Source: Octopus sinensis
Lineage: Eukaryota
Length of the DNA: 39,567 bases
Direction: 5' to 3'
NCBI RefSeq assembly: GCF_006345805.1
Contig: NW_021835548.1
Span: 1 to 39,567, forward strand
Below are positions 37,174 to 39,567 of the stretch, piece after piece. Made by a program: the position numbers and the translations under genes. The notes beneath the pieces were generated by a model. That model saw only the letters and a list, made by a program, of their open reading frames with translations, was not told the DNA's origin and made no database searches. Position 1 is the first letter of the stretch, and every line of letters begins with the position of its first letter.

Positions 37174-37598
37174 ATAACTTTGTATGTGACTGTCTGTGTG
37201 TGAGAGTGTATTTCTTTTAACTGTTACATAACATTGAGGTTAGACGGTGCTCTCTTTTAACCTTGGTCAATGCACTCATCTCCATAAGTCTTCCATAGAC
37301 GGAGCTATTATTCGTCGTCGTTGTTGGTCGTGTTTGCCGACATTGTTGTTGTCGCTGTGGATATGGTCTTTTAATCTGATTTAATGGTTTCCTCGCGTGA
37401 CCTCCTTCTACTTGTGTATTCAATAGATTTATTTGTTCAGCGCATCAAGTATGTTGCCCCGAACACTGAATTGGATATTTACTTTTTCGTACAGCTGGCG
37501 TCCCTGAGTAAAATTACATAATTACAAGGATGTTTCCTTATATCAAACCCAAGTACATTCGTACCTTATATTTTCTCAATCGTCTGGTTCATTTTATT

Positions 37599-38325
37599 TA
37601 TTACAACTGCCTTAGCGAAGGGGGTGGTATTGTTTTCAGTCGTATTTGTTTGTTTGTTTGACCATAAACAAGATATCTCGACAACCGCCGGATGGATTCG
37701 GATGAAATTTTCAAGGATTTTTAGCCTCGTGACTGGCAGAAACTAGTTAGATTTTGGGATTGATCCGGTACCGGGCAAGAATTCTGGATTATATGCTATA
37801 TTTACTTTACTGTACATGGTTACGATCTTACGATAACTTTCAAGTCTTTCTCAATTATCTCCCTTTAGGCTGTAACTATTTTGAATGGGGAATTTGTTAA
37901 CTTTAGCTTGTATTAGATAAAGATAAACTATTTATTACTGTTACTAAACAGTAATAATCAGGGAAGAGGTAGGTACGGGAAGATGTGCAAAGTAGAGTTG
38001 TCGGAATGGAGTCGCCGGAAGGCTAAGAGAATGGTACGTTGGAAGGGCAGAGTGGCGGGATGGTAGGTGAAGGGAAACGGGAGAGCCACCTTCACATTTC
38101 ATGACTACCAATGGGATCGATCAGGTACCGGACAAAGATTCTCGATTATTCTCCCGTTTCTTTTACTTAATTTTTGAGAGCGGTCGGGTTGGTTTTTCAT
38201 ATTCCCCTTTGTGAGAGCGGTCGAGGTTATTTCAGATATCATTTTAACAACCATCTCCGGTTAATCATTGAGAGGACGTTGGTGTTGCCATGGCAGAGGT
38301 TTGCGCTCCCTGAGTGCTTTTTTTC
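37599..38325 (+). mobile_element. DINE-1/HINE-like (Helentron-associated) element
   Basis: 5' ttattacaactgccttagcgaag...ttgttttc, (TTTG)n, ggatggattcggatgaaattt core, internal repeat tgggat.gatc.ggtaccgg at about 37756 and 38112, 3' ggcagaggtttgcgctccctgagtgctttt. Confidence 0.65.
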
Positions 38326-38344
38326 TTATATTTTAATTTTCAGT

Positions 38345-38608
38345 CATGGTTGTGTGATTAAGAAACGGAGTGGATATTGGGTTCAGTTCTGCTCCACTGC
38401 GTAACACTTTGGGAAAGAGTTTTCTACCGGGCCGACGAATGGTTTTATGGATGAATTTGTTAGATAGAAACTATGAGGAAGCCCGTCGTATAAACAAATA
38501 TATATATATACTTATATATATTGTGTGTGGTAAGTAGTTTGCTTTCAAGCCACATGGTTCCAGTTTCAGTCCCACTGCGTGGAACCATAGGGGAGTGTCT
38601 TCTACTAG
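38345..38608 (+). mobile_element. Two SINE family B 5' fragments
   Basis: tgtgtggtaagtagtttgct...cagtcccactgcgtgg...gtgtcttctacta; gaagcccgtcgtata. Confidence 0.7.
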
Positions 38609-38829
38609 AGTCATCTGACTCCCCTCTTCCCCTCTCCTCTCTTGCCGTGACATCTATTTCCTCTCTTCACTCCTATCTACCTTCTCCCTTCATTGATACC
38701 CACTCTATCCACCATACACCCGCACACGTCCCACTCCGACACATCTCACTCCCACATAACCCAACCCTACACCCAACACCTGCACTTCCCCCATCGTCAC
38801 CCCTCATATCCTCACTCAAAAACAAACTT

Positions 38830-38985
38830 CTCTGTTTATTTCCACGTGTTCCCTTCTGTTGAAGAGCGTAGGCTCGAAACCTAAAAAGCTTTTTGACTTT
38901 TTCACCTTCCCGAGTGTCAAACTAATACACCTGCTTGTTGTTTATACACCTGTTTTCGTCTTCTGTTTCTCAATAAATTTCAACT
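38830..38985 (+). repeat. Second copy of the 12182-12335 repeat
   Basis: Same motif order in the opposite orientation. Confidence 0.6.
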
Positions 38986-38990
38986 TAGAT

Positions 38991-39070
<80 letters not shown>

Positions 39071-39567
39071 GGATAAAGAGAGAGAGAGAGATGAGTGTGC
39101 CTTATAATATATTTTATGTGCGTATGTTTGTGAGTGTATTAGTTAACGACGTGTGAGAGCAGTTTTGAGCCATTTGCTGTATTTAATGTTGGATTAATTA
39201 AAATTTACTTTACTCGACTTACTTTCTTTATCTCTTTAATTCATCCCTCTCTCTTCCTCTCCTCCCTCACCCTCTCTTTCTCTTTCTCTCTCTCTCTCTC
39301 TCTCTACCTCGCTATCACTTTTTTCGGTCACATCTTGTCACGAATACCAAGCTTTAGACATATGTTGCTATGATATGTACAAGACATCTGAAATCCTCTC
39401 GGTCAATATATCAGGTTGAGGAAAAAGTAAGCAACATTTTCAACCATGAAGAATTTGTACCAGATTTTTGCAGAGTTTTGAATAATTTTGAATTATTTTT
39501 CGTTTTGTTTTGTTTTGTTTTTTTTTTGTAATTGCCTGATAATGTAGCACCTACATTATTTCATGCA

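Overview
AT-rich, microsatellite-saturated eukaryotic DNA. The SINE repertoire and repeat density suggest a coleoid cephalopod, probably Octopus (inference). No prokaryotic genes, CRISPR arrays, rRNA or intact tRNA genes were seen, and most ORF-track entries are translations of microsatellites or SINEs. Two protein-coding genes are supported, both on the minus strand. (1) A spliced, divergent Q50 homeobox gene (coding exons about 11273-4602) whose homeodomain lies in a frame the ORF track does not show; its large third exon needs a 1-nt correction, a 38-nt mini-intron, or skipping to stay in frame. (2) An intronless class A GPCR (30894-29923) with an opsin-type Lys at 7.43, an Asp at 2.61, and non-canonical 4.50 and 7.50 residues. 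The rest comprises three tRNA-derived SINE families, RTE and CR1-like LINE 3' ends, Tc1/mariner remnants and MITEs, a hAT MITE nested in another TIR element, Helitron/Helentron-type non-autonomous elements, and a few unexplained structured or regulatory motifs. All alignments and translations were done by eye.
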